This document shows positions 8,826 to 18,464 of a stretch of DNA of 64,000 nucleotides, in pieces. The notes under the pieces are model-generated. The model made no database searches, had not been told where the DNA came from, and saw only the letters and a list, made by a program, of their open reading frames with translations. Each line of letters opens with the position of its first letter. Position 1 is the stretch's first letter. The translations under genes were made by a program, and so were the position numbers. Source of the stretch: Alphaproteobacteria bacterium (lineage in GTDB: Bacteria > Pseudomonadota > Alphaproteobacteria > CALKHQ01); the NCBI GenBank assembly GCA_965227515.1, contig CBDDFZ010000002.1, positions 1,088,001-1,152,000 on the forward strand. Reading direction: 5' to 3'.

Positions 8826-8990
8826 CTAGTGTGGTGGTTTCGAAGTTCGCCATACAACTGCGGTGGTAGCTGCGCGAACTTCGAAACCGAAAACCACACT
8901 AGAAACAATATGTTGCTAGTGTCCCAATCGAATCTGAAGTTCGACCGAGGCCAGCAAATACTGTTACGAACTTCAGATTCGGGACACTAG
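8826..8990. repeat. Pair of CTAG-bounded palindromic elements (MITE/REP-like), 8826..8902 and 8916..8990
   Basis: CTAGTGTGGT-GGTTTCGAAGTTCGC...GCGAACTTCGAAACC-GAAA-ACCACACTAG and CTAGTGTCCC-AATC-GAATCTGAAGTTCG...CGAACTTCAGATTC-GGGACACTAG. Confidence 0.85.
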
Positions 8991-9051
8991 AGTTGGGTTG
9001 GGCTTTGAAACGCGGCCGTCAGATGCCGCACGCCCGTGGAAGGAAACGCCG

Positions 9052-10191
9052 ATGTCCGACACCTATCCGCCGCTCGACGAGGTTCGCAGGACATTCAAGG
9101 TCAAGTGGTATCGCTGCCCGGTCGAGCGCGAGACCCTGCGCGAGCTGACCAAACGCAGCGACACGCAAGGGCTGTTGCAGGCGCTGGGTCACCTGTTGCT
9201 GGCGGCCTGCACTGGCGTGCTGGCGTTCCTGTTCTTCGAGCGCGAGATGTGGGTGGCGTTCGCGATCGCGCTGTTCGCCCACGGCACGGTGTCCTCGCAT
9301 TACATATTCGCCTGCCACGAACTGGGCCATGGCACGGTCTTCAGGACCAAGTGGCTGAATGCGTTCTTCCTGCGCGTCTTCTCGGTGCTGGCGTGGTGGA
9401 ACCACCACGAGTACGCCATGAGCCACACCTTCCATCATGTCTATACGCTGCATCCGCGCGGCGACCGCGAGGTGGTGCTGCCGAAGTACCCGTCACTGTC
9501 GCCGCTCTATCTGCTGCAACTGTTCACGTTCAATGTCACCGGCGGGTTCGAAAGCCGCGGCGCCATCAATATCTATGGCGGCATGATCACCACGGCGCTC
9601 GGGCGCTACGCCCTGTTCAGCACGCCTGGCTGGCTGGAGGCGCTGTACGAGGGCCAGCCCGAGGCCCGGCGCCGGGCCGTCAACTGGGCCCGGTTCGTCA
9701 TCGCAGTGCATGTTGCGGTGGCGGCGGTGTCCTTCGCATTCGGGCTCTGGATCGTGCCGGTGCTGTTCACGCTGGCGCCGGCCATCGCCAACTGGCACCG
9801 CTATTTCGTCGGCGCACCGATGCATTGCGGGCTGCGCGACAACGTGCCGGATTTCCGCAAGTGCGTGCGCACCATCAAGCTCGATCCGCTGTCCGAGTTC
9901 CTCTACTGGCGGATGAATTGGCACCTTGAGCACCATATGTTTGCCGCCGTGCCCTGCTACAACCTCGCCGCTCTGCACAAGGCCGCCGCGCACGACATGC
10001 CGACCCCGCGCACGTTCCTGGGGGCTTGGCGCGAGATGCGCGAGACCTGGCGCAGACAGCAGACCGATCCGAGCTATCAGTTCGACACGCCTGTGCCGTC
10101 GCACGACACGTCCGTCGATGCCGCGGACTCGCAGAATCCGGACGCGGCATCCATTGGCGAGTTGGCGCCACGGGAGTTGCGATCGGCGTAA
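9052..10191 (+). CDS. Membrane fatty-acid desaturase family protein
   Basis: Three His boxes HELGH, HTFHH, HLEHH; TM segments; AAGGA RBS before ATG 9052. Confidence 0.9.
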   Translation: MSDTYPPLDEVRRTFKVKWYRCPVERETLRELTKRSDTQGLLQALGHLLLAACTGVLAFLFFEREMWVAFAIALFAHGTVSSHYIFACHELGHGTVFRTKWLNAFFLRVFSVLAWWNHHEYAMSHTFHHVYTLHPRGDREVVLPKYPSLSPLYLLQLFTFNVTGGFESRGAINIYGGMITTALGRYALFSTPGWLEALYEGQPEARRRAVNWARFVIAVHVAVAAVSFAFGLWIVPVLFTLAPAIANWHRYFVGAPMHCGLRDNVPDFRKCVRTIKLDPLSEFLYWRMNWHLEHHMFAAVPCYNLAALHKAAAHDMPTPRTFLGAWREMRETWRRQQTDPSYQFDTPVPSHDTSVDAADSQNPDAASIGELAPRELRSA

Positions 10192-10265
10192 GACGGCCTG
10201 ACGGTTGCAGACGGGGAAGAAGGGGATGCCGGCCAAGCCAGTCCAAGCCGGCGGGGCGGGCCGGT

Positions 10266-10958
10266 CTACCTGCCGTTGGGCCGCAGAACCACGCCCACCG
10301 TCTTCAACATGATGACTGTGTCGCGCGAGAAGCTGACGGATTCGGCATAGTTGGCGTCAAGCGCCACCCGTTCGGCGTAGGAGACGTCGTTGCGGCCGCT
10401 GACCTGCCACAGCCCCGTGATACCGGGACGCACGGACAGGTACTTTTCCTTGTCGTCGCCGTACTTCGACAATTCGTCGCCGGTTACCGGGCGCGGCCCG
10501 ACCAGGCTCATGTCGCCGCGCAGGACGTTCCACAACTGCGGCAGCTCGTCCAGCGAGGACTTGCGCAGGAAACGGCCCAGCCTGGTGATGCGTGGGTCGC
10601 GCTCCAGCTTTTGCGTGCGCTCCCACTCGACACGTGCGCTGGGGTTGTCGGCCAAATATTCGGCAAGAATAGCGTCCGCGTTCGCAACCATGGAGCGGAT
10701 CTTCCAGCACCGGAACGTCCTGCCATCCTTGCCGACGCGGGTATGGCCGTAGAAGCTGGGGCCCGAATCCCTACGGACGATAAGGGCGAGCAGGGCAACG
10801 GCTGGAACGATCAGTGGGCTTGCCGCCAACACAAACAAGACATCGAGCGCACGCTTGATCGTGTCTCGGTAGGGTCTTGCAAGGCTGTAATGAAAAGGCC
10901 GAAAATCGTCGTTCGAACCGCGTTGAAGCAAGTTCTGATCTACGGAATAGTCACTCAT
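10266..10958 (-). CDS. Priming undecaprenyl-phosphate sugar transferase (ExoY/WcaJ/PssA C-terminal-type)
   Basis: KRALD, FRCWKIRSM, DPRITRLGRFLRKSSLDELPQLWNVLRGDMSLVGPRP, PGITGLWQVSGRN. Confidence 0.95.
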   Translation of the reverse strand: MSDYSVDQNLLQRGSNDDFRPFHYSLARPYRDTIKRALDVLFVLAASPLIVPAVALLALIVRRDSGPSFYGHTRVGKDGRTFRCWKIRSMVANADAILAEYLADNPSARVEWERTQKLERDPRITRLGRFLRKSSLDELPQLWNVLRGDMSLVGPRPVTGDELSKYGDDKEKYLSVRPGITGLWQVSGRNDVSYAERVALDANYAESVSFSRDTVIMLKTVGVVLRPNGR

Positions 10959-11093
10959 GCCCTACCTCGACGAGGCAATATTTGTCCCAAGCATCCTGCT
11001 CTGTTGGCCGGCACGGCTTCCCATCCGCTTCCGCGCGCCCAACGGCCGATATTATTGTTAGAAAACTCCCTTACCCCGAGAGGTGTGGTTAGC

Positions 11094-11206
11094 TTAATGC
11101 TATCTTAAGGACCATACAATCGTATTTTTCATACAATTGTATCCAATTGAAATACAATGGTATTTCGCCATTTTCGCGAAGTTGGGTTGTGCGGACTTAT
11201 GGTTAA
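11094..11206 (-). promoter_or_regulatory. CtrA-like sites (TTAA-N7-TTAA at 11094..11108; TTAACCAT at 11199..11206) in an AT-rich promoter
   Basis: TTAATGCTATCTTAA and ATGGTTAA read directly; both match alphaproteobacterial CtrA motifs. Confidence 0.6.
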
Positions 11207-11324
11207 GACACGCACAAGTCGTTGTGATGTGTCGTTAATATTTCTGCGTTGTGCCGGGCCGGCGGTCACGCAAGCGGCGCGCGGGCGGTCCGAAGAGGTT
11301 TCAGACCCAGAAGGTCGCCGAAGG

Positions 11325-12170
11325 TCAGCCGGTTTGGAAGCCGTACAACGTGGCTGGGTTGTCCACCAGCACGGCCCTGCGCTCAGCCGGGTCGGGCACC
11401 CAGTCCTCCAGCAGGTCCAGCAAGGTCACATCGTCCGGCAGGTCGCTGACCGAGACATGCGGCCAGTTGGAGGCCCAGACCATGCGATGCGGGGCTGCGG
11501 CGACCGCGGCCTTGGCCAGCACGCCAACGTCGTCGTACAGCGGCGGTCCGACCTTGGAAGTCTCGTAGGGCGCAGAGAGCTTCAGCCAGGTGCGGCCATT
11601 GGCGAGCAATCGCAGCAACGCCTGGAAGCCGGGGTGGTCCGGCGTCACGGGTTCGATGAACTTGCCCACATGGTCGATCACCAGCGTACAGGGCAGGCGC
11701 TGCAGCACCGCTTCGTGCTCGTGCAAATAGCGGCCGTCCATCTGCAACTGGATATGCCAGCCCAATGGCGTCACACGGGCGGCGATAGGCTCCAAATCCT
11801 CCCAGGTCATCAACCCGCCGGGAAACATCTGGAACCGGGCGGCGCGCACGCCCGCGGCTGTCATGCGCGCAAGCGCGGCATCGTCCATGGAGGGGTCCAG
11901 AATGGCGACTCCGCGCGCCGAGTCGCCGAGCGCTGCCAGGCCGTGCAGGGTCACCGTGTTGTCGCTGCCATAGGCGGTCGGCTGCACGATGACCGACCGG
12001 CTGGTGCCCAGCCTCGCGCACAATGCCTGGAAGGCATCGACCGTTGCCCAGACGGGGCCCGGGGCATTCGCGGTCGGCGCGGTGGGCGCATCGGGGTCGA
12101 ATACGTGCACATGGGTGTCGCAGGCGCCGGCCGGCACCTCGATTCGTGGTCTTGCCGCGTCGTTCGTCAT
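11325..12170 (-). CDS. Amidohydrolase-2 / COG3618 lactonase family; D-galactarolactone isomerase-like (SNWPH)
   Basis: CDTHVH, VQPTAYG, IDHVGKF, KLSAPYE; WASNWPH has Asn where LigI-type lactonases have Asp. Confidence 0.82.
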   Translation of the reverse strand: MTNDAARPRIEVPAGACDTHVHVFDPDAPTAPTANAPGPVWATVDAFQALCARLGTSRSVIVQPTAYGSDNTVTLHGLAALGDSARGVAILDPSMDDAALARMTAAGVRAARFQMFPGGLMTWEDLEPIAARVTPLGWHIQLQMDGRYLHEHEAVLQRLPCTLVIDHVGKFIEPVTPDHPGFQALLRLLANGRTWLKLSAPYETSKVGPPLYDDVGVLAKAAVAAAPHRMVWASNWPHVSVSDLPDDVTLLDLLEDWVPDPAERRAVLVDNPATLYGFQTG

Positions 12171-13171
12171 CGCTTGGCTCCCCCGTGTGCTGCCATCAGC
12201 CGCTTCGCGTGATCCGGATTGACCGCACCCGGCGGCATCTCGCCGGCCAGGATGGCCGCACATTGCGCTGCCGACTCCAGTGCCTGGTGGGCGACGGCCG
12301 CGGGTGTCAGCCCGCCGATATGGGGCGTCGCCACGACCAGCGGATGGGCGGCCAGTGCTGGGGACGGTTTCTGGTCAGGCGCGCGGCCCACGTCCAGCGC
12401 GGCACCGCCGAGATGGCCTGTGTCGAGCGCGGCCGTCAGCGCCGCTTCGTCGACCAGGTTGCCGCGCGACGGGTTGATGAAGAACGCGCCTCGCCGCATG
12501 GCATGGAACGCGCCAGCATCCATCATGTTCTCGGTCTCGGCGTTGGCGACCGCCAGGCAGACCACGAAGTCGGAGTGTGCCAGCAGGTCCGCGAGCGAGA
12601 CCGATTCCAATCCTTCCGGCAGGTCGGTCACGTAAGGGTCTGCAACGCGCACGCGCATGCCAAGCGCCTTGGCCGACTTGCACAGTTCGCGTCCGATGGC
12701 GCCGAAGCCGATGACGCCCAGGACACTGCCGGCGAGCTGCCGGCCTAGCACCACCGGCGGGTCGCCGCCGGCGCGGTAGTCGATCGTGCTTTGCGTGATC
12801 CCGCGCGCCAGGTCGATCATCGCGCCAAGCGTCCATTCGGCAACTGCCGGAGCGAATCCTGGCGTCGCGTGTGTCACGAGCACGCCGTTGGCGGAGGCGG
12901 CCGGGACGTCGATTGTGGAGATGTCGACGGCGGTGCGGACGAAGGCCAGCAGGCCGGGCACACCCTCGAAGACAGCCGCCGGACCAGGCGTTTGGCGGTC
13001 GGCTACCACGATTTCGCACCCCTGGGCGCGGGCGATCAAGTCCTCCAGCGGCAACGGCGCATCGCTGTCGTTGAGCTCCACGTCGGCAACCGCGCGCATG
13101 CGGTCGAGCGCCTCGGGCGGATAGAACTGGTCACGTATCGGGCGCGAGGCGGTGAGCAGGATGGTCGGCAC
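12167..13171 (-). CDS. D-isomer-specific 2-hydroxyacid dehydrogenase
   Basis: GVIGFGAIG Rossmann motif, NPSRG, ALDV, TPHIGG. Confidence 0.9.
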   Translation of the reverse strand: MPTILLTASRPIRDQFYPPEALDRMRAVADVELNDSDAPLPLEDLIARAQGCEIVVADRQTPGPAAVFEGVPGLLAFVRTAVDISTIDVPAASANGVLVTHATPGFAPAVAEWTLGAMIDLARGITQSTIDYRAGGDPPVVLGRQLAGSVLGVIGFGAIGRELCKSAKALGMRVRVADPYVTDLPEGLESVSLADLLAHSDFVVCLAVANAETENMMDAGAFHAMRRGAFFINPSRGNLVDEAALTAALDTGHLGGAALDVGRAPDQKPSPALAAHPLVVATPHIGGLTPAAVAHQALESAAQCAAILAGEMPPGAVNPDHAKRLMAAHGGAKR

Positions 13172-13206
13172 GACGTTGCCCAGGCTGCGAGGAAGGGAGT
13201 GCAGTC

Positions 13207-14475
13207 TTATCGCGCGCCGGCCAGTCGCGCCAGCACGCTGGCCAGCACATCGGCGCCGGCGACAAGTGCCGCGTCGTCGGCGTCCTCATCCGGGTGGTGG
13301 CTGACCCCACGCGTGCAGGGAATGAAGATCATGCCGGTCGGGCTCAGCCCGGCCAGTGCCGCGGCGTCGTGGCTGCCGCCGGAGATGATGTCCATGGCCG
13401 GGTAGGCGAGGGCGGCCGCCGCATCGGCCACGGCCGCACGGACTTGGCCGTCGAACGGCGTCGGCGCCAGACGCTCCAGCACCGCGATCTCACAGTCGCA
13501 CGGGGCAGCCAGTTCGACGGCGATCCGCTCGATGGTCGCGCGCATGCCGTCGAGGGTCGCGGCATCGGGGTGGCGTAGGTCGATGGTGAAGCGGACCCGG
13601 TCGGCGACCGTGTTGGGCGAGTTCGGGTGCGCCTCCAGCCGGCCGACGGTGAAACGGGTGGTGTCGGTGGGGTCGGCCAGTGCCTCGGAAAGGGCGGCGA
13701 CGATGCGGGCGGCGGCCAGCAGTGCGTCGCGGCGGCCGGCCAGCGGCGCCGTGCCCGCATGCGCCTGCTCGCCGGAAATCTCGACCTGCAGCCAGTATAG
13801 CCCCTGCACGCCGGTGACGACGCCTATGGTCTTGGCTTCGCGTTCCAGGATCGGGCCCTGCTCGATGTGCGCCTCCACCAGCCCGGCGAGCGGGTACGGC
13901 GTTGTGCGGACCGGCAGGTCGGGCAGGTCGGCGGCGCAGGCGGCAATCGCGTCGCCGAGCGCGACCCCGTCGGGCGACGTCTGGTTCCGCAGGACATCGA
14001 GATCGAGCGCGCCCTTGAACGCGGTCGAGCCCATCAGGCCTGGGTGGTAGCGGCAACCCTCCTCGTTGACCCAGGCAACCGCCTCGATCGGGCGGCGACG
14101 CGGCACGCCGGCATCCTTGATCGCTTGCAAGGCCTCGATGGCGGCGACCACGCCATAGGCACCGTCCAGCCAGCCGCCGGCCGGCTGGGTGTCGATATGG
14201 CTGCCGGACAGAACCGGCGCCGCCGCCTCATCGGAGTCGCCTGTATTTGCCGACAGGCGCAGGTAGAGGTTGCCGATGGCGTCGGTGGCGGGCTCCAAAC
14301 CGATATCTGCCGCCCACGCAAGCGCGAGCCGCCGCGCAGCCGCATCGGTGGGCGTGAAGGCCTGGCGGTTGACCCCGCCGCCGGGCCGCGCGCCGATCTC
14401 CGCCAGCGCACGCAGCCGCGACAGCAGCCGGGGTCCATCGACCCGAACCACCGTTGTCGCGCCGCTATCAGCCAC
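13207..14475 (-). CDS. M20 Zn-dependent amidohydrolase (N-carbamoyl-amino acid hydrolase/allantoate amidohydrolase family)
   Basis: GSHIDTQPAGG, LDGAYGV, NEEG, EAHIEQGP, HAGT, GGSHDA, SHHPDE. Confidence 0.92.
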   Translation of the reverse strand: MADSGATTVVRVDGPRLLSRLRALAEIGARPGGGVNRQAFTPTDAAARRLALAWAADIGLEPATDAIGNLYLRLSANTGDSDEAAAPVLSGSHIDTQPAGGWLDGAYGVVAAIEALQAIKDAGVPRRRPIEAVAWVNEEGCRYHPGLMGSTAFKGALDLDVLRNQTSPDGVALGDAIAACAADLPDLPVRTTPYPLAGLVEAHIEQGPILEREAKTIGVVTGVQGLYWLQVEISGEQAHAGTAPLAGRRDALLAAARIVAALSEALADPTDTTRFTVGRLEAHPNSPNTVADRVRFTIDLRHPDAATLDGMRATIERIAVELAAPCDCEIAVLERLAPTPFDGQVRAAVADAAAALAYPAMDIISGGSHDAAALAGLSPTGMIFIPCTRGVSHHPDEDADDAALVAGADVLASVLARLAGAR

Positions 14476-15292
14476 GCAGGAAACCGCCGGTCAGCCTGGC
14501 TTCCATCTGGCGCAGATGGTCGTAGGCCTGTTCCATGTGAAACCGCATCGCCGCGCGGGCGGCTTCCGGGTCGCGGGCACGGAAGGCGTCGATGATGGCG
14601 CGGTGGGCGACGATGCCGTCTGCAGCCATCTGGTCGACATTTCCCGCCTGCGCGCGCCGCTGCCCGCCCGGATCGTCCTCTTCGTAGAGCGTCTGGTAGA
14701 CGATACCGTTCTTGATCAGCGCACTGATGAAGCGGCAGGCGAAGCGCAGCAGCGGGTTGTCGCACCGCTCCGCCAGCAGGTCGTGGAAATCGAGCTCCGC
14801 CCAGCGCTGCCCGCGTTCGGCATGGCGGTCTTCGGGCACGCAATCGCTGATCGCCACCAGCCGCTCCAGCGCATCGATGTCCTCATCGCTCAGCCGTGGC
14901 GTGACTTCCGCCGCCAGCTCCGGTTCCAGCATCAGGCGGAGCGCATAGAGGTCGTCGACCGACACCTGCTCGAAATGGAAGTAGTTGCCCAACAGCCGGG
15001 CCGCGGTCTCCAGCGGCACCTTGGCGATGCGCGCGCCGCCCTTGGGGCCGGTCGACACCTGCACTAGCCCTTGCGCTTCCAGTGCCGCCAGCGTCTCGCG
15101 CATGGTGCCCTTGGAGACGCCGAACCGTTCGCACAGGGCGCGTTCCTGCGGCAGCCGATCGCCCGGTGCCAGACCCTCGCGCACGATCCATTGCTTGATC
15201 TCGTCGGCGATCAGGTCCGCGCGCTTGCGAAAGCGCGGGGCACGCGGCGGGCGCGGCCCCAGATCCTCATCCCGATCATCGGTCTCCAACAT
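14468..15292 (-). CDS. GntR/FadR family regulator (FCD domain)
   Basis: GDRLPQERALCERFGVSKGTMRE wHTH; C-terminal FCD-type His residues. Confidence 0.92.
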   Translation of the reverse strand: MLETDDRDEDLGPRPPRAPRFRKRADLIADEIKQWIVREGLAPGDRLPQERALCERFGVSKGTMRETLAALEAQGLVQVSTGPKGGARIAKVPLETAARLLGNYFHFEQVSVDDLYALRLMLEPELAAEVTPRLSDEDIDALERLVAISDCVPEDRHAERGQRWAELDFHDLLAERCDNPLLRFACRFISALIKNGIVYQTLYEEDDPGGQRRAQAGNVDQMAADGIVAHRAIIDAFRARDPEAARAAMRFHMEQAYDHLRQMEARLTGGFLRG

Positions 15293-15343
15293 CGCTGGAA
15301 AGCAGTCCTTCGGTGGCGTTCGTGGGCGCGTGATTGGCCATCA

Positions 15344-15361
15344 TATTTATCATGATAAATA
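15344..15361. promoter_or_regulatory. Perfect 18-bp palindrome TATTTATCATGATAAATA, probable operator of the adjacent GntR
   Basis: Perfect inverted repeat in the divergent promoter region between the GntR and SBP genes. Confidence 0.7.
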
Positions 15362-15527
15362 ATTGACTCCAAGCGCGCGGCTTTGCCAGACTTCGCCCAA
15401 TGGCTGGCGCCAGCACGCATTCCCGGCGCACAGATTGCATGCCGCCGCATCAGAACAACCTAAGGCGGATCGATCGCAAACATTGCAGTCGCATTTCGCG
15501 CGGCTGCCGACAGGAGGGAGATCACGG

Positions 15528-17120
15528 ATGAGAACGCAAATTTTCGCGCGGCTGGCGAGGCCGGCGACCGCAGCGCTGCTTGGCGCCGCACTGGCCATGC
15601 CGCTGGCGGCTGGCGCCGCATTCGCGCAGACGCCGGACGACGTTCTAGTCATCGGCCAGGTCGCTGAGCCGAAGTCGCTGGACCCGGCGGCCGTGACCGC
15701 CGTCAACGACTTCCGTATCCTGGTCAACATGTACGACGGGCTGGTGCGCTACAAGACCGGCACTCTGGAGGTCGAGCCGTCGCTGGCCGAGAGCTGGGAA
15801 GTCAGCGAGGACGGCACCGTCTACACCTTCAGCTTGCGGCAAGGCGTCAGCTTCCACGACGGCACCGCGTTCAATGCCGAGGCGGTGGCGTTCAACTTCA
15901 ACCGCATGCTGGACGAAGAGCACCCGTACCATGACACCGGGCCGTTCCCGCTGTCGTTCTTCTTCAGCGCCGTGCAGTCGGTCGACGTGATCGACGACTA
16001 CACCGTGCAGTTCACGCTGGATGCGCCCTACGCGCCGTTGCTCTCCAATCTCGCCTACCCGACCGGGCTGATCATCTCGCCGCAGGCGGTGATGGATAAT
16101 GGCGCGGACGTGGGCCGCAACCCGGCCGGCACCGGTGCCTATAGCTTCGCGGTGTGGGAGGCGAACCGCCAGGTCGCGCTGCAGGCCAATCCCGACTATT
16201 GGGACGGCGCGCCGTCGCTGGCTGGCCTGGTGTTCCGGCCGATCACCGATGCCAATGCGCGGGTGAACGAGATGCTGTCGGGCGGTATCGACCTGATGGT
16301 CGAGGTGCCGCCGAGCATGGTGGCGACCTTCGTCGAGGACGAGGCCTATACCATGCACGAGCAGGCCGGCCCGCACCTGTGGTTCCTGATCCTGAATTTG
16401 CGCGAGGGGCCATTCACCGACGTGCGCATGCGCCAGGCCCTGAACTATGCTATCGACAAGGAAAGCCTGGTCCGCGACGTGCTGCAGGGCACGGCCACGG
16501 TGGCGGCAAGCCCGATCCCGCCGGCATTCGCCTGGGCCTACAACGAGTCTCTCGAGCCCTATCCCTACGATCCGGAGCAGGCCAAGGCGCTGATGGCCGA
16601 GGCCGGCTATGGCGATGGCGCCGAGGTCACCTTCCTGGTCACCGAAGGCGGCTCCGGCATGCTCGACCCGGTCGCGATGGGTACGGCGATCCAGGCCGAT
16701 CTGGCCGAGGTTGGCATCACCGCCAACATCGAGACATACGAGTGGAACACCTTCCTGGGCGTGGTGAACCCCGGCCTTGAGGGCAAGGGCGACATGGCCG
16801 AGATGGCGTGGATGACCAACGACCCGGACACCCTGCCGTTCCTGGCCCTGCGTACGGCGGCGTGGCCGGAGGAGGGCGGCTTCAATTCCGGCTACTACTC
16901 CAACCCGGAAGTCGACGCGCTGCTGGAGCAGGCCCGTGCCGCCACCGACCAGGCGGTCCGCGCGGACCTCTATCGCCAGGTGCAGGAGATCGTCTACGAG
17001 GACGCGCCGTGGGCATTCATCGCCAACTGGAAGCAGAACGCGGTGACGACGGACAGCGTGGGCAACTTCAACCTGGAGCCCTCGTTCCTGCTGTTGCTGC
17101 ATAACGCGACCAAGGGCTGA
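15528..17120 (+). CDS. Peptide/nickel-type (family 5) ABC transporter substrate-binding protein
   Basis: Signal peptide ending AFA-Q; LAESWEVSEDG..YTFSLRQGVSFHDG motif; AGGAGG RBS. Confidence 0.93.
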   Translation: MRTQIFARLARPATAALLGAALAMPLAAGAAFAQTPDDVLVIGQVAEPKSLDPAAVTAVNDFRILVNMYDGLVRYKTGTLEVEPSLAESWEVSEDGTVYTFSLRQGVSFHDGTAFNAEAVAFNFNRMLDEEHPYHDTGPFPLSFFFSAVQSVDVIDDYTVQFTLDAPYAPLLSNLAYPTGLIISPQAVMDNGADVGRNPAGTGAYSFAVWEANRQVALQANPDYWDGAPSLAGLVFRPITDANARVNEMLSGGIDLMVEVPPSMVATFVEDEAYTMHEQAGPHLWFLILNLREGPFTDVRMRQALNYAIDKESLVRDVLQGTATVAASPIPPAFAWAYNESLEPYPYDPEQAKALMAEAGYGDGAEVTFLVTEGGSGMLDPVAMGTAIQADLAEVGITANIETYEWNTFLGVVNPGLEGKGDMAEMAWMTNDPDTLPFLALRTAAWPEEGGFNSGYYSNPEVDALLEQARAATDQAVRADLYRQVQEIVYEDAPWAFIANWKQNAVTTDSVGNFNLEPSFLLLLHNATKG

Positions 17121-17257
17121 AAAACGGCCCGAGGCAGCACCCGGTGGGCCGTGTCCTCCCTCGGCCACCGGGTGTTGTGTCATTTGCCAATTCGCCTTCC
17201 TCGTCCTCGCCCACGTGGCAAAGATATTGACGTTCCTCCGCGATCCTTCGCTTGAGC

Positions 17258-17506
17258 CCCTCTCCCATTTCGGGAGAGGGAGGGGCCCAAACCCGCCCTT
17301 GGGCCGGCCGCAGGTCGCGCCCGAGGGTCGTCAGGTTTGGGAGGGTGAGGGCAGGCGCGGGCCGATGCCAACGCACGAGGCGCGGGCAAGGGGAATGACA
17401 ACGGCTGGCGAAAACACGTCTGCGCCAACCGCGCGGCTTCGCCGCCACCCTCACCCTCCCGTCGCCCATGGCGCCGGGCCCCTCCCTCTCCCGAAATGGG
17501 AGAGGG
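17258..17506. repeat. CCCTCTCCC-type nested palindromic element with perfect 31-bp terminal inverted repeats
   Basis: CCCTCTCCCATTTCGGGAGAGGGAGGGGCCC (17258..17288) and its exact reverse complement (17476..17506); inner GGGAGGGTGAGGG/CCCTCACCCTCCC arms. Confidence 0.88.
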
Positions 17507-17513
17507 TTTTTCC

Positions 17514-18464
17514 ATGCTGACCTACATTGTTCGGCGGCTGCTGTGGGCGGTGCCGGTGCTGTTCGGCATCTCGGTGCTGGTGTTCCTGATCATCGCGGCC
17601 ATTCCCGGCGACACCGCCACCGCTATCCTCGGCGCCTATGCCACGCCGGATAACGTGGCCCGCGTCAACGCGCAATACGGCCTCGATGCGCCGGTGTGGG
17701 AGCGCTATTTCATCTGGCTCGGCGGCGTTCTGGAGGGCGAGCTGGGCCGCTCCTATGCGCTCAACCGGCCGGTGGCGGCGGAAATCGGCGAACGTGTCGG
17801 CCCGACCGCGATCCTGGCGGTCGCGGCGCTCATCCTGTGCTCCATCTTCGGCCTGATCGCCGGCACGGCCGCCGCTGTGCGGCAATACGGTTGGACCGAC
17901 CGCATCCTCAGCCTTGTGGTGCTGGTCGGCATCTCCACGCCGTCGTTCTGGCTCGGCGTGATGGCGATCATCGTGTTCGGCCTGTGGCTGGAATGGTTCC
18001 CGACCGGCGACATGTATTCACTGTTCGGCGACGGCGGACTGTGGGACATGCTGTGGCACCTGGTGATGCCGGCGACCACGCTCGCCATCGTCGCCACAGG
18101 CGTGCTCGCCCGCCTGACCCGCGCCAACATGCTGGAGGTGCTGCGGCAGGACTTCGTGCGCACCGCCCGCGCCAAGGGCCTGCGTGAGCGCCAGGTGATC
18201 ATGGGCCACGCCTTCCGGGCCGCCCTCGGCAATCTGGTGCCGGTCATCGGCATCCAGGCCGGCTTCGTCATCGGCGGCTCGGTCTACGTGGAGGAAGTCT
18301 TCCAGTGGCCCGGCATGGGCCGCATGCTGGTCAACGCCATCTCCCAGCGCGACATCCTGCTGGTGCAGGCCGGCGTGCTGATCATCGCCGCCGCGTTCGT
18401 GCTGATCAACCTGATCGCCGACGTGGTGCAGTCGATCCTCGATCCCCGGGTGCGCGCCCGATGA
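17514..18464 (+). CDS. Peptide ABC transporter permease (DppB-like)
   Basis: YIVRRLL start, RTARAKGL EAA loop, VFQWPGMG. Confidence 0.93.
   Translation: MLTYIVRRLLWAVPVLFGISVLVFLIIAAIPGDTATAILGAYATPDNVARVNAQYGLDAPVWERYFIWLGGVLEGELGRSYALNRPVAAEIGERVGPTAILAVAALILCSIFGLIAGTAAAVRQYGWTDRILSLVVLVGISTPSFWLGVMAIIVFGLWLEWFPTGDMYSLFGDGGLWDMLWHLVMPATTLAIVATGVLARLTRANMLEVLRQDFVRTARAKGLRERQVIMGHAFRAALGNLVPVIGIQAGFVIGGSVYVEEVFQWPGMGRMLVNAISQRDILLVQAGVLIIAAAFVLINLIADVVQSILDPRVRAR

Noticed and set aside
8826-8990. CRISPR-like array
   Set aside because: Only two inverted-repeat units, no repeat-spacer periodicity and no cas genes
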